Part shown: one piece after another, positions 8,522-16,936 of the stretch
Position numbering within the stretch: the first letter of the stretch is position 1
Layout of the letters: each line of letters opens with the position of its first letter
Source: Candidatus Woesearchaeota archaeon
GTDB taxonomy: Archaea; Nanobdellota; Nanobdellia; SCGC-AAA011-G17; PNOQ01
Direction of reading: 5' to 3'
Assembly (NCBI GenBank): GCA_018652625.1
Contig: JABIBT010000021.1
Span: 14,502 to 78,501 of the forward strand
DNA length: 64,000 bases
Made by a program: the position numbers and the translations under genes
Notes under the pieces: generated by a model
The model's database searches: none
What the model saw: only the letters and a program-made list of their open reading frames with translations
Told to the model about the DNA's origin: nothing

Positions 8522-9178
8522 TTGGAGAAAAAACAGGAAAAAATAATAGTGGTTGTGTTGATTTTAGTTATATTAGCACTAGCCTTTGGAATTAGTTATT
8601 CTGTTTATTCAAGAACAAGTAAAGAATATACTTATTTAGGACCGGCGGGAAACTTTTCTTTTGTTTTAGATAGACATACTGGAAATGATGTGCATATTTT
8701 AGCTTTGCCTTACATGCCAAATAGTTTATGGGAAAAAACTTTTTTGATTCCTTTTAATTATGGCCCAGAAGAGTTGGAAGGGATTTATACGGAAGAGGTT
8801 AGAGAATTGATTATTGATTCGCCAGAAATTTATATGGTTAGAGATGTTTATTTAGATGAGAAGACACAGAATAATATAGCTGTTGCTATATTGAATGTAG
8901 ATAGAGTTGTTGGTCAAGATATGTTAACTCCTCCAATTTATAATATTCCTATTACGTTTGGAGCTATTGAAGAAAATAGTTTGTCTCAAGGACTTGGTTT
9001 ACAAGTCATGACCTGTGAAGATGCTCACGCAGTTACAACCGTAATTTGGTTTAAGGAAGGAACTGAAAATAAAATCTATAAAGAAAATGAGTATTGTGTT
9101 GTTGTTGAATTTAAAGAAGGAGAGAATCCAATAAAATCTGCAACTAGATTAGTTTATCATATAACTGGAGTTATGTAA
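8522..9178 (+). CDS. N-terminally anchored hypothetical protein, paralog of the previous gene.
   Basis: The TTG start is 1 nt after the upstream stop. The TM segment is IIVVVLILVILALAFGISYSV. The shared motif is GTENKIYKENEYCVVVEFKEG ... LVYHITGVM. Confidence 0.5.
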   Translation: MEKKQEKIIVVVLILVILALAFGISYSVYSRTSKEYTYLGPAGNFSFVLDRHTGNDVHILALPYMPNSLWEKTFLIPFNYGPEELEGIYTEEVRELIIDSPEIYMVRDVYLDEKTQNNIAVAILNVDRVVGQDMLTPPIYNIPITFGAIEENSLSQGLGLQVMTCEDAHAVTTVIWFKEGTENKIYKENEYCVVVEFKEGENPIKSATRLVYHITGVM

Positions 9179-9208
9179 GTTGTCAGCTTGCCATGCACGG
9201 GGAAATAA

Positions 9209-9216
9209 TTTATAAA
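9209..9216 (+). promoter_or_regulatory. TATA box (TTTATAAA) for the LAGLIDADG ORF.
   Basis: It lies 29 nt upstream of ATG 9238. This spacing implies a leaderless or near-leaderless mRNA. Confidence 0.55.
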
Positions 9217-9237
9217 CTACTTCTAATTTTTTATTAG

Positions 9238-9873
9238 ATGGATTTGAATAAACTGGCTTTATTTTTAGGTATGTTAGTTGGAGACGGTTCTATATCAAAC
9301 AGAAAAAATGGTTTTGGGTATCCTACTTATTCAGTTGCTTTTTGGAATACTCGAAGGGAATATGTGGATTTATTCTCAAACCTTAATTCTGATTTATTTG
9401 ATTCTGAGGGCAAGATAAATCCACGACACAGGCCAAATAAGAAAGTACTTTATGAATTTCGTATTTACTCAAAACCTATTTTTGATTATCTTGTTGATGA
9501 TGTTGGAATTCCTTCTGGGAAAAAGGCTGCGATAGTTAAGATCCCAAAGATAATACTTAAATCAAATAATGAGGTTAAGAAATATTTTTTTCTTGGTTTA
9601 TTTTTGACAGATGGTGGATTAAATAAGCGAGGAAATCTCCATTTTCATATGGCCAGTAGGGAGTTATTATCGGGATTGAGTGGTATGATCAAAGATATTT
9701 GGGGATTTGATAAAGAAGTTAAAAATGTTATACAAAAAAATAAATATTTTTCTTATCAGTTAAATTTAAATATGGATGAAAGTAGCGTTGTATTACATGA
9801 CTTATGCCGGGATCGCATAATCTGGTATTGCACTGATTCAGCTGAGTTAGTCTCTCTGAAGTGTAAGCCTTGA
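9238..9873 (+). CDS. Double-motif LAGLIDADG homing-endonuclease-like protein; its 3' end reads into the tRNA-Ser gene.
   Basis: There are two LAGLIDADG motifs, LALFLGMLVGDGSI and YFFLGLFLTDGGL, and both keep the acidic residue. The last 68 nt of the ORF (9806-9873) are tRNA sequence. Confidence 0.7.
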   Translation: MDLNKLALFLGMLVGDGSISNRKNGFGYPTYSVAFWNTRREYVDLFSNLNSDLFDSEGKINPRHRPNKKVLYEFRIYSKPIFDYLVDDVGIPSGKKAAIVKIPKIILKSNNEVKKYFFLGLFLTDGGLNKRGNLHFHMASRELLSGLSGMIKDIWGFDKEVKNVIQKNKYFSYQLNLNMDESSVVLHDLCRDRIIWYCTDSAELVSLKCKP

Positions 9874-9933
9874 AATAATACGCAGGTTAGCCAGGCCCTA
9901 ACGGGCATCTGGGTTCAAATCCCAGTCCCGGCG
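9806..9933 (+). tRNA. tRNA-Ser(UGA) with two BHB introns: 31 nt at position 29/30 (9836-9866) and 14 nt at 37/38 (9875-9888).
   Basis: The ends are identical to the intronless tRNA-Ser at 60140-60220. Removing the two segments gives an 83-nt class II tRNA with anticodon stem CTGGC/GCCAG, loop CTTGAAA and variable arm GCCC-TAAC-GGGC. Both segments lie in bulge-helix-bulge geometry (detailed in the findings). An oligo-T tract follows. Confidence 0.8.
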
Positions 9934-9946
9934 TTTTTAATAAAAC

Positions 9947-9954
9947 TTATAAAT
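9947..9954 (+). promoter_or_regulatory. TATA box (TTATAAAT).
   Basis: It lies 28 nt upstream of ATG 9975. Confidence 0.5.
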
Positions 9955-9974
9955 TAGGTGTTCTTCGCTTTTTT

Positions 9975-11150
9975 ATGGCAAAAATTGTTGCTATTACAGA
10001 GCATACCGGTCCAGGGAAAGCAATTAGAGAAGTTGTGAAGACTTTGAGAGAGGAAAGTGGCATTGAAACTAGTTTATACCCTACAGCTTTAACTTCAAAT
10101 TTATATAGAGATCTCCCTGAACTGAAAGAACTATCAGAAGAACAAGTAAGTACATTAAGAGGAGAACATATGTCTCCAGAGAGTTTAGATTCTTTTGTTC
10201 AATCAATTTTTGAAGAGGAAAAACCAGACTTGATTTTAACTGCTTCTATTGATCCTAGCCCTGCTATTGATAAATCTATGATAAGAGAAGCAAATAAAAG
10301 AGATATACTTAGTATAGCAGTTATGGACTACTGGAGTAGTCCCGACTTATACGGGAAAAGATTCCCTTCTAAAGAGTTTTATCCTACTAAAATAGCTTCC
10401 TTGGACGATATAGATACTGAAAATTTAATTTTATCAGGGATTCCTAAAGATATAATAGTAATTACTGGAAATCCAAATTTTGATGGTTTAAAGATGGCTA
10501 GAAGGGCATTTGAAGGTAAAGAAAAGGCGTTTAGACCGTTTGATTTAAATCCAACAAACATACTAGTTACTTATGCTCCAGATCCCTTACATAGTGATTT
10601 TCTTCCCTTTGACGAGGCATATAAGATAAACAGAGATACATTTGATTCTATGGCTTGCGGACTTTCAAGAGTTTCAATGGATAATAGAAAGAAGGTTGAT
10701 CTTGCTGTTATGTTACATCCTAAAGATATTAGGGCAGAAGGAGGAATTGATAGTTGGAAAGAGATTTTTAAACTGAATCAAGCCGGATATGTAAATTCTT
10801 TTTTGGGTAGAGAGAGCATGGAAGACACTAGAGTTAATTTAGATAATGCCAGATTGAGTTCTAATTTGGTTATGTCTGGTAGAAGCACTTCTGGAGCCGA
10901 ATGTTTGTATTTGGGTAGTCCGGTTATGATACTTCACCCTGGTTTGGAATTTTATAGAAATGGTCTTAATCATTTTATTGAAAAAGGAATTATACCTGCT
11001 GCAAATTCTATTGAAAGTGGAATCGATCAAATTTATAGATTTTTCTCTAACTCTAAATTTAGAGAAAATTGTCTTGGAAGACAGGAAGTTTATAAAAATC
11101 AACCAGATTCTTCTCCCAGGGTTGTAGAATTAATAAAAAGTATGTTATAA
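9975..11150 (+). CDS. Hypothetical protein that may have a GT-B fold (sugar-nucleotide epimerase or glycosyltransferase-like).
   Basis: Only weak resemblance supports this: ITGNPNFDGL and SGRSTSGAECLYLGSPVMIL look like Rossmann-type GT-B enzymes. I can name no diagnostic motif. Confidence 0.3.
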   Translation: MAKIVAITEHTGPGKAIREVVKTLREESGIETSLYPTALTSNLYRDLPELKELSEEQVSTLRGEHMSPESLDSFVQSIFEEEKPDLILTASIDPSPAIDKSMIREANKRDILSIAVMDYWSSPDLYGKRFPSKEFYPTKIASLDDIDTENLILSGIPKDIIVITGNPNFDGLKMARRAFEGKEKAFRPFDLNPTNILVTYAPDPLHSDFLPFDEAYKINRDTFDSMACGLSRVSMDNRKKVDLAVMLHPKDIRAEGGIDSWKEIFKLNQAGYVNSFLGRESMEDTRVNLDNARLSSNLVMSGRSTSGAECLYLGSPVMILHPGLEFYRNGLNHFIEKGIIPAANSIESGIDQIYRFFSNSKFRENCLGRQEVYKNQPDSSPRVVELIKSML

Positions 11151-11168
11151 TAAAAAAAAATAAAAAAA

Positions 11169-12476
11169 TTAAAGTTTTTTCTTCTTTTTAGTTATTGTTA
11201 TGTAAGCCACTATTGCTACTATTATTATTGCAGCAATAACGATCCATGTTGTTGAGCTTCCACTTGTTTCTGCTATGTCTTCAGGACTTTCTCTAACCGG
11301 AGTTGTATCCACTGGTTCTTCAGTTTCTGTTGTATCTTCTGTAGTTGTAACTTCTTCTGGTGTAGTGTAAGCCCTAAATGTAATTTCGGCTGTACTTCCA
11401 TCAATATTATTTAGAGTTATGGTTAAATCATTTGAACCATCCTCATCTAAATCGAAGTTTTTAGTTTTTCCTACATCAATAGTTGTTGTTATTGGTGTAG
11501 AAGATACAGTTATTTTTGCAGTGTCATCATCCACAATGCTGTTTAATTTAAGACTGTGTGAGTCTCCATTGTAGTTGAAATCTACTGTTTTTCCAGTGCT
11601 TATTTCTTTTTTAGTTCCAGTTATACCAAAGTCATCAATATCTCCAAGGTCTTCGTTAGAAGATCCACTTGGACCAGAGCCAGTTCCTTCTGAAGATTCT
11701 TCTTGTGCTGTATATACATTGTATATTAGAGATGTTCCAAGCCGGTTGGTTACATTGTCGTAACAGCCTATATACCATTGTAGTGGCCTTCTCATGTAAG
11801 ATGAATTTAGCGCCACATTAAATGATTTAGTTTGTGTATTAGCTGTACTATTCAAGGCCGCTGTCCCATTGTATCCAGTTGTCCCATTTATCACCCCTCC
11901 AAAATATAAAGAACAATTAGCTACATCACTAGATTTATCTGATACATTGTATGTAAAATTCACTATTCCATCCATGTCTTCACTGTTGTGCACAGGGCTT
12001 ATTAGTACAATTACTGGTGCGTCAGCATCTACCCCAAAAGTTATATTGCCAGTCATGTTATGACTCACATTTCCACCGACAACTGCACTGTTATTTGTTC
12101 TAATCCAACAATTCCAAGACCAGTTTAGTCCAATACTATTGGGTATTGTTGTTGAAAAGTTTCTAATCACTGTGGCTCCGACTGTTCCATTTGTAGCATT
12201 TGTAGTATTCAAGTAGACAATAGGTGTACCGCTGGTAAGATTCCATACAACTAACGTTACGTTGTCTACATAATCAGTTGCATTAATTGGACTACCAGTA
12301 CAGTTAAAACCAAGGGTTGTAGTATTACTCCAGTTTCCTGCACTAACACCTTCTCCTTCACCAAGAGTGTAATTTAACCTAACCTCTTTTACTCCGGTTC
12401 CTAACCCTGTGTTTACACCATATAGCAAAACAATAAGAGCCATTATAACAATAACACCTCTCTTTATATTCACCAT
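11169..12476 (-). CDS. Secreted, C-terminally anchored surface protein with extreme N-glycosylation sequon density.
   Basis: It has an N-terminal signal/TM segment (VIVIMALIVLLYGV). By hand count there are 24 N-x-S/T sequons in the first ~245 aa. A Thr/Glu/Pro linker follows, then the C-terminal TM WIVIAAIIIVAIVAYITI and a KKKKKL tail. Confidence 0.6.
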   Translation of the reverse strand: MVNIKRGVIVIMALIVLLYGVNTGLGTGVKEVRLNYTLGEGEGVSAGNWSNTTTLGFNCTGSPINATDYVDNVTLVVWNLTSGTPIVYLNTTNATNGTVGATVIRNFSTTIPNSIGLNWSWNCWIRTNNSAVVGGNVSHNMTGNITFGVDADAPVIVLISPVHNSEDMDGIVNFTYNVSDKSSDVANCSLYFGGVINGTTGYNGTAALNSTANTQTKSFNVALNSSYMRRPLQWYIGCYDNVTNRLGTSLIYNVYTAQEESSEGTGSGPSGSSNEDLGDIDDFGITGTKKEISTGKTVDFNYNGDSHSLKLNSIVDDDTAKITVSSTPITTTIDVGKTKNFDLDEDGSNDLTITLNNIDGSTAEITFRAYTTPEEVTTTEDTTETEEPVDTTPVRESPEDIAETSGSSTTWIVIAAIIIVAIVAYITITKKKKKL

Positions 12477-12516
12477 TTTTATAATCTTGTAGATATATTG
12501 TCAATTATAAGCTTTC

Positions 12517-13992
12517 CTATGCTATAAGTATAGATTTTCTAGCTAAGGATTTTGCATATTTTAGTTTTGTTTTAGAATCAGAATAAATTGTCATTACTTT
12601 TTCTCCTCTTTTTACTTTTTGGTTTAGTTTTTTGTATAAATAGATTCCTGCTTCTTTGTCATGCGGTGCACCAGCTATTCTAGATATTCTAGATATTACT
12701 TTGTTGTCTATTTCTTTTATTTTTCCAGTTTTACTTGACTTCATAGTATATTCAAATTTTCCCAAAGCTATAGAATCTGGAATTATTTTTGGATCTCCTT
12801 CTTGTTCTTCCATTATCTTCATAAATTGAGTGTAGGCTTTGCCAGAATCTAGTATCTCTCTTGCAGATGCTTTAGTTTTTGTCATTTTAAATATCAAGTC
12901 AGACATATGAACTGCCTTTTCTTCTAAATCTTTTGGTGCTCTTGGATCTTTTCTTAATATGTAAAGAATATCTTTAGCTTCTAGATTTGGACCGATTCCA
13001 TTTCCAATGGGTTGAGAACCATCTGTTATTATTACTTTGATTTTTATTTTTATTTTCCTTCCCAATCTTTCAAATGATTTTTTTAAAGACATAGCTTCTT
13101 TTTTTGTTGTAATTTTTGCTGTTTTTCCAATTGGAATATCTATTAGTATGTGGGTTGAATTAACTGCTAATTTTTTTGATAGAATTGAAGCTAACATAAT
13201 TCCTTTTGGATCAAGTCTTAAAGGATGTCTAACTTTGATTAGTTTTTCGTCTGCTGCAGCCAAGTCTATTGCTCCACCCCAAACTATGCATCCATTTATT
13301 TTTTTTATTATTTTGACTATTTTTTCAATAGGAAAAGTTACGTTGGATAAAACCTCCATTGTGTCTGCAGTTCCGGCAGGAGAAGTTATAGATCTAGAAC
13401 TTGTTTTTATCATTGGAACACCTGCTGCCGTTACAATAGGAACTACTAACATTGTTGTTCTATTATTTGGTACTCCTCCAATGCAGTGTTTGTCAGCAAT
13501 TATTTTTCTGTTAAAATCTATTTTATCTCCATGTTTAGTAATTGCTTCTATTAGATATGCTGTTTCTTTAAATGATAAATCTTTTTTATAACATGCTGAA
13601 ACGAAATAAGTTAGTTCAATTTCTGTTAATTCCCCATCTATAAGGTCTTTTATTATTATTTCTATTTCTTTTTTTGTTAATTCTTTTTCATCTAATTTTT
13701 TTCTTATTATTTCTATAGAATGCGGAATAGTTGTACTTAGTACTCCCAAAGTTGTTTGTTTTTTTATTCCCAACTCTTTTATTACTTCCTTGAATAGGCC
13801 TATTTGTCCTTTTTTTATTCCATTATTACTTTCAGAGATATCTATTGCTGTGACTACTGATTTTCTTCCATGTTTTATTTTTAGTCTGTCTAATGGTTGT
13901 AAATCTAGTTCTTCTGCGTCTAACCTGTTTAGAATTACAATAAGTGGTCCGCCAGTAGATATTTTTATATCTTTAGACTTAAGTCTCAACAT
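12517..13992 (-). CDS. deoA: AMP phosphorylase (thymidine phosphorylase family, archaeal DeoA type).
   Basis: It matches the Thermococcus AMPpase pattern closely: HCIGGVPNNRTTMLVVPIVTAAGVPMIKTSSRSITSPAGTADTMEV and VWGGAIDLAAADEKLI. I set the start at M15 (MLRLKSK, ATG 13992) rather than the ORF-track 14034. It overlaps the upstream permease by 14 nt. Confidence 0.85.
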   Translation of the reverse strand: MLRLKSKDIKISTGGPLIVILNRLDAEELDLQPLDRLKIKHGRKSVVTAIDISESNNGIKKGQIGLFKEVIKELGIKKQTTLGVLSTTIPHSIEIIRKKLDEKELTKKEIEIIIKDLIDGELTEIELTYFVSACYKKDLSFKETAYLIEAITKHGDKIDFNRKIIADKHCIGGVPNNRTTMLVVPIVTAAGVPMIKTSSRSITSPAGTADTMEVLSNVTFPIEKIVKIIKKINGCIVWGGAIDLAAADEKLIKVRHPLRLDPKGIMLASILSKKLAVNSTHILIDIPIGKTAKITTKKEAMSLKKSFERLGRKIKIKIKVIITDGSQPIGNGIGPNLEAKDILYILRKDPRAPKDLEEKAVHMSDLIFKMTKTKASAREILDSGKAYTQFMKIMEEQEGDPKIIPDSIALGKFEYTMKSSKTGKIKEIDNKVISRISRIAGAPHDKEAGIYLYKKLNQKVKRGEKVMTIYSDSKTKLKYAKSLARKSILIA

Positions 13993-15004
13993 TTTCCTCT
14001 TTTTCTTCCATGTAAAGTTTGTATAATAAGACAAATAGGGAGAGTATCAATGGTCCAATTATCAATCCAACTATTCCAAATAAAAGTATTCCTCCAAAAA
14101 TTCCAAGTAATGAAATTATAGGATTTATTTTTGCTGTTTTCTTTATTAGTTGTGCCCTTAGTATGTTGTCCATGTAAAAGCTTAGAACTAAAATGAAGTA
14201 AATTGCTATGAATATTGCTTGTCCAGTTTTTCCAGTTATGAATAAATATATTACTGATGGTGCCCAGACTGCTGCAGGCCCAAGAAGCGGAATATATGCA
14301 AAGATTGCAATTATTAATGACCAGAGTAATGCGTTTTCTATTCCTCCTATAGAAAAACCAATGAATGCAGCTATGAATTCTGCTATCCCTAAAGCTAAGA
14401 AACCTAGGAAGATACCATTAATTTTATCTACTGTTCCCTTAAACAGTCTTGTTTTTTGATATTCAGATAATGGAAGACTTTTTCTAATCTCTCTTAGGAT
14501 TCCCTTCCCATCTCTCAAAAAGAAGAACATTATGAAAAATGTTGTAAATAAATGTACAAATCCTGTGGCTAGAAATCTTATCATGTCGCTACTGGATCTT
14601 ATAAAAAAGTTTGAAGCTTCTTTAACTGTTTCTTTTACATACCTATCAAACTCAATATTTAGACCAGTCATTTCTTTTAGCCTTTCTGAAGGAGTATGAA
14701 AGTCCATTGTTCCAATAGAATTGTGAATTGTTATTGCTTCATGTAATAATGTATTTGAAAAGAATAATGCAGGAATTGTTATAAGAAGTACTACAAATAA
14801 AGTTACCAACAAGGCGGATAATGTTTCTTTTCTTATTTTATTATCTAGTTTTTTGTGTAGTGGGTATGCTACTATCGCTAATACCATTGCTGCTAAAATT
14901 GCTCCAACAAATGGAGAAATAATCTTATATGAAACATATATGAATGCTGTTAAAATTATAATGAAAAGAACTTTTCCATAGTCCTTTAAGCTTATAGTTT
15001 TCAT
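13979..15004 (-). CDS. Polytopic membrane protein, AI-2E/PerM (UPF0118)-like permease.
   Basis: It is 341 aa with about 8 predicted TM helices, and its length and topology are typical of UPF0118. The family assignment is from memory, with no diagnostic motif. Confidence 0.45.
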   Translation of the reverse strand: MKTISLKDYGKVLFIIILTAFIYVSYKIISPFVGAILAAMVLAIVAYPLHKKLDNKIRKETLSALLVTLFVVLLITIPALFFSNTLLHEAITIHNSIGTMDFHTPSERLKEMTGLNIEFDRYVKETVKEASNFFIRSSSDMIRFLATGFVHLFTTFFIMFFFLRDGKGILREIRKSLPLSEYQKTRLFKGTVDKINGIFLGFLALGIAEFIAAFIGFSIGGIENALLWSLIIAIFAYIPLLGPAAVWAPSVIYLFITGKTGQAIFIAIYFILVLSFYMDNILRAQLIKKTAKINPIISLLGIFGGILLFGIVGLIIGPLILSLFVLLYKLYMEEKEENVET

Positions 15005-15047
15005 AGTAGGAAGTCTGGAATCTAAATTTATAAACCTTTTGTATGAT

Positions 15048-16295
15048 TTAAATTGGTTTAGAGAAATGCCACTTTGATAGTGCTTGTTTTAGTTCTTCGT
15101 TTTTTTCTGAATATTTTTTTAATGGAATATTTTTTAGTGTTGCATCTATAGCTTGCCTTGTAGCTTTTGAACCTGCATGGGTTCCTTTGGGGTGCCCATG
15201 AATTCCTCCACCTAATTGAATGCAGATATCTTTGCCCAGCATTTTAGTTATTTCTGGTATTAGTCCGGGGTGCAATCCTCCAGAAGAAACGGGGATTGTG
15301 TCTTTTAGTCCATACCAGGGGTTTGTTATTTCATCTTCTATTTGTAAAACTTCATCTTTTGTTCCTACCAACTTTCCTATGACTGTTCCTATATGTAAGG
15401 TGTCTACTCCAATCAATCTTGCGAGCTTTGCTATTACTAACATAGACATGCCGTGTTTTGGATTTCTATCAAATGCTGCGTGGAAGGCTCTGTGTGCATG
15501 AATGGCCATTTTTAGTTTTTGAGTTTCGTTTCTTAATGTCTGAACTGCTGCCCAGCCAACCGTCATTATATCTACCATTACATATCTAAATCCGTATTTT
15601 TTGACTAATCTCGCTCTTCTTATCATTTCATTTGTTTCTGCAGTTACATTGATGAAATAATCTTTTTTTTCGCCAGTTATTTTTTCTGCTTTGTCTCTTG
15701 CTTTTGCACAGGCCTTTAATCTTGATTCGAATTTGTTAAAATTCTGATCTGTTAAATTCTCATCATCTTTTAGGAAATCTACTCCGCCAGTCCATGCATC
15801 AAATCCAACTTTAGTATGCTCTTTTGTTGTCATTCCCACTTTTGGTTTTGGAACTGTGGCTATTAGTTGCCTGTCTTTTATTTTCATGAATTTTCTTACT
15901 CCTTTAATCCCAAATTGGGGCCCTTTGAATGATTTTACATATTTTTTTGGAAAATGAATATCTTCAAGTCTTAGATTGTTAATTGCTTTCATTCCGAAAA
16001 TATTTCCTGCTACAGAAGATAATAATTGTGGGATACTACCGAGCTCAAATAATTCTATTGGATAAGCTATTTTTAAATAAGGCCCCTTTATTTCAAAAGC
16101 TCTTGCTCTCATTTTTCTTATTCTGGGAGTTAAAGTAGAAAGAGTTGTCCAGGTACCATTTGAGGATTCTGCGGCTATTCTTCCTGCTGCTTCTTTTATA
16201 GAAATTCCTTTAGCTGGTTCGAATCTGAATAGACATACTAAGTCTGTTTTTTTTGGTTTATATTTTAAATCTACAAAATCCAGATATTGACTCAT
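15048..16295 (-). CDS. rbcL: Form III (archaeal-type) RuBisCO large subunit.
   Basis: GGVDFLKDDENL contains the carbamylated-Lys KDDE motif. IHAHRAFHAA and SSGGLHPG ... LGGGIHGHP are also present. It shares an operon with AMP phosphorylase and R15P isomerase. Confidence 0.9.
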   Translation of the reverse strand: MSQYLDFVDLKYKPKKTDLVCLFRFEPAKGISIKEAAGRIAAESSNGTWTTLSTLTPRIRKMRARAFEIKGPYLKIAYPIELFELGSIPQLLSSVAGNIFGMKAINNLRLEDIHFPKKYVKSFKGPQFGIKGVRKFMKIKDRQLIATVPKPKVGMTTKEHTKVGFDAWTGGVDFLKDDENLTDQNFNKFESRLKACAKARDKAEKITGEKKDYFINVTAETNEMIRRARLVKKYGFRYVMVDIMTVGWAAVQTLRNETQKLKMAIHAHRAFHAAFDRNPKHGMSMLVIAKLARLIGVDTLHIGTVIGKLVGTKDEVLQIEDEITNPWYGLKDTIPVSSGGLHPGLIPEITKMLGKDICIQLGGGIHGHPKGTHAGSKATRQAIDATLKNIPLKKYSEKNEELKQALSKWHFSKPI

Positions 16296-16936
16296 TTGGT
16301 TACCTCTTTTATTAATTTTGGTAGTTCTTTTATATCTTTAATCTTGTAATCTGCTTCTTTTAAATCTTTCCAGACTTGTTTTGGGCTGGTTAGGATAATT
16401 ACTGATTTTACTTTTGATGATTCTGCAGTTTTTATATCTTGTAAACTATCCCCCACCATGAATTGAACTTTTTTCTTTAATTCTTTTTCTGCTTTGTAAA
16501 TTTCATCTGGAAATGGTTTTGCTCTCCTTACATCATCATATCCTATTATTACTTTGAATAGTTTTTTATCTATTTTTGTTTGTTCTAGAATCAACTCTAT
16601 TTTTGTGTGCGTATTATTACTTAGAAGGCAAAGGCAATATTTTTTTGATAATCTCTTTAATATTTTTTTAGTGTTTTTGTAAGGTTTTATTCCTTCTAAT
16701 GTGTTTTCTCTTTCTTTTTCAAAATCTCTTCTTATTTGTTCTATTTTTTCTTTTTTGATTTTTGGAGAAATTATCTTTATTTGATCTTTTAAAGTCATTC
16801 CCCACATATCATATAATTGATTTCTCTTAACTTTTATTCCATTTTTTATAAATGATTTTAATTCTGCATCCACATTCCAATCGTGTGTGTCTACTAATGT
16901 TCCATCTAGATCGAAGCAAATTATCATCTTATCCAA
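16292..16936 (-). CDS. HAD-superfamily phosphatase (subfamily IA; phosphoglycolate or sugar phosphatase-like).
   Basis: HAD motif I is ICFDLDGTLVDT, motif II is LLSNN, and motifs III/IV are K ... MVGDSLQDIKTA. It overlaps both operon neighbours. Confidence 0.7.
   Translation of the reverse strand: MDKMIICFDLDGTLVDTHDWNVDAELKSFIKNGIKVKRNQLYDMWGMTLKDQIKIISPKIKKEKIEQIRRDFEKERENTLEGIKPYKNTKKILKRLSKKYCLCLLSNNTHTKIELILEQTKIDKKLFKVIIGYDDVRRAKPFPDEIYKAEKELKKKVQFMVGDSLQDIKTAESSKVKSVIILTSPKQVWKDLKEADYKIKDIKELPKLIKEVTK

Noticed and set aside
9181-9208. There is a GC-richer patch (GTCAGCTTGCCATGCACGGGG) between the anchored paralog and the LAGLIDADG promoter. I examined it as a possible tRNA half or RNA fragment.
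   Set aside because: It has no complementarity to either tRNA-Ser half, no cloverleaf elements and no partner sequence elsewhere in the window.
13037-13591. A 184-aa plus-strand ORF lies inside the AMP phosphorylase gene. Similar long antisense ORFs occur at 13790-14026, 23095-23541, 48103-48501, 56035-56655, 60389-60775, 51131-51415, 49784-50149 and 33951-34292.
   Set aside because: Each lies fully antisense to, or out of frame within, a gene with strong recognisable motifs. Their translations are low-complexity and rich in Phe/Ile/Leu/Ser, as expected for the mirror frame of AT-rich coding DNA. None has a correctly spaced TATA box or an SD.
15048-16295. I considered RuBisCO as evidence for Calvin-cycle autotrophy.
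   Set aside because: No phosphoribulokinase is visible. The gene sits in an operon with AMP phosphorylase and ribose-1,5-bisphosphate isomerase, which is the signature of the heterotrophic AMP/nucleoside salvage route for form III enzymes.
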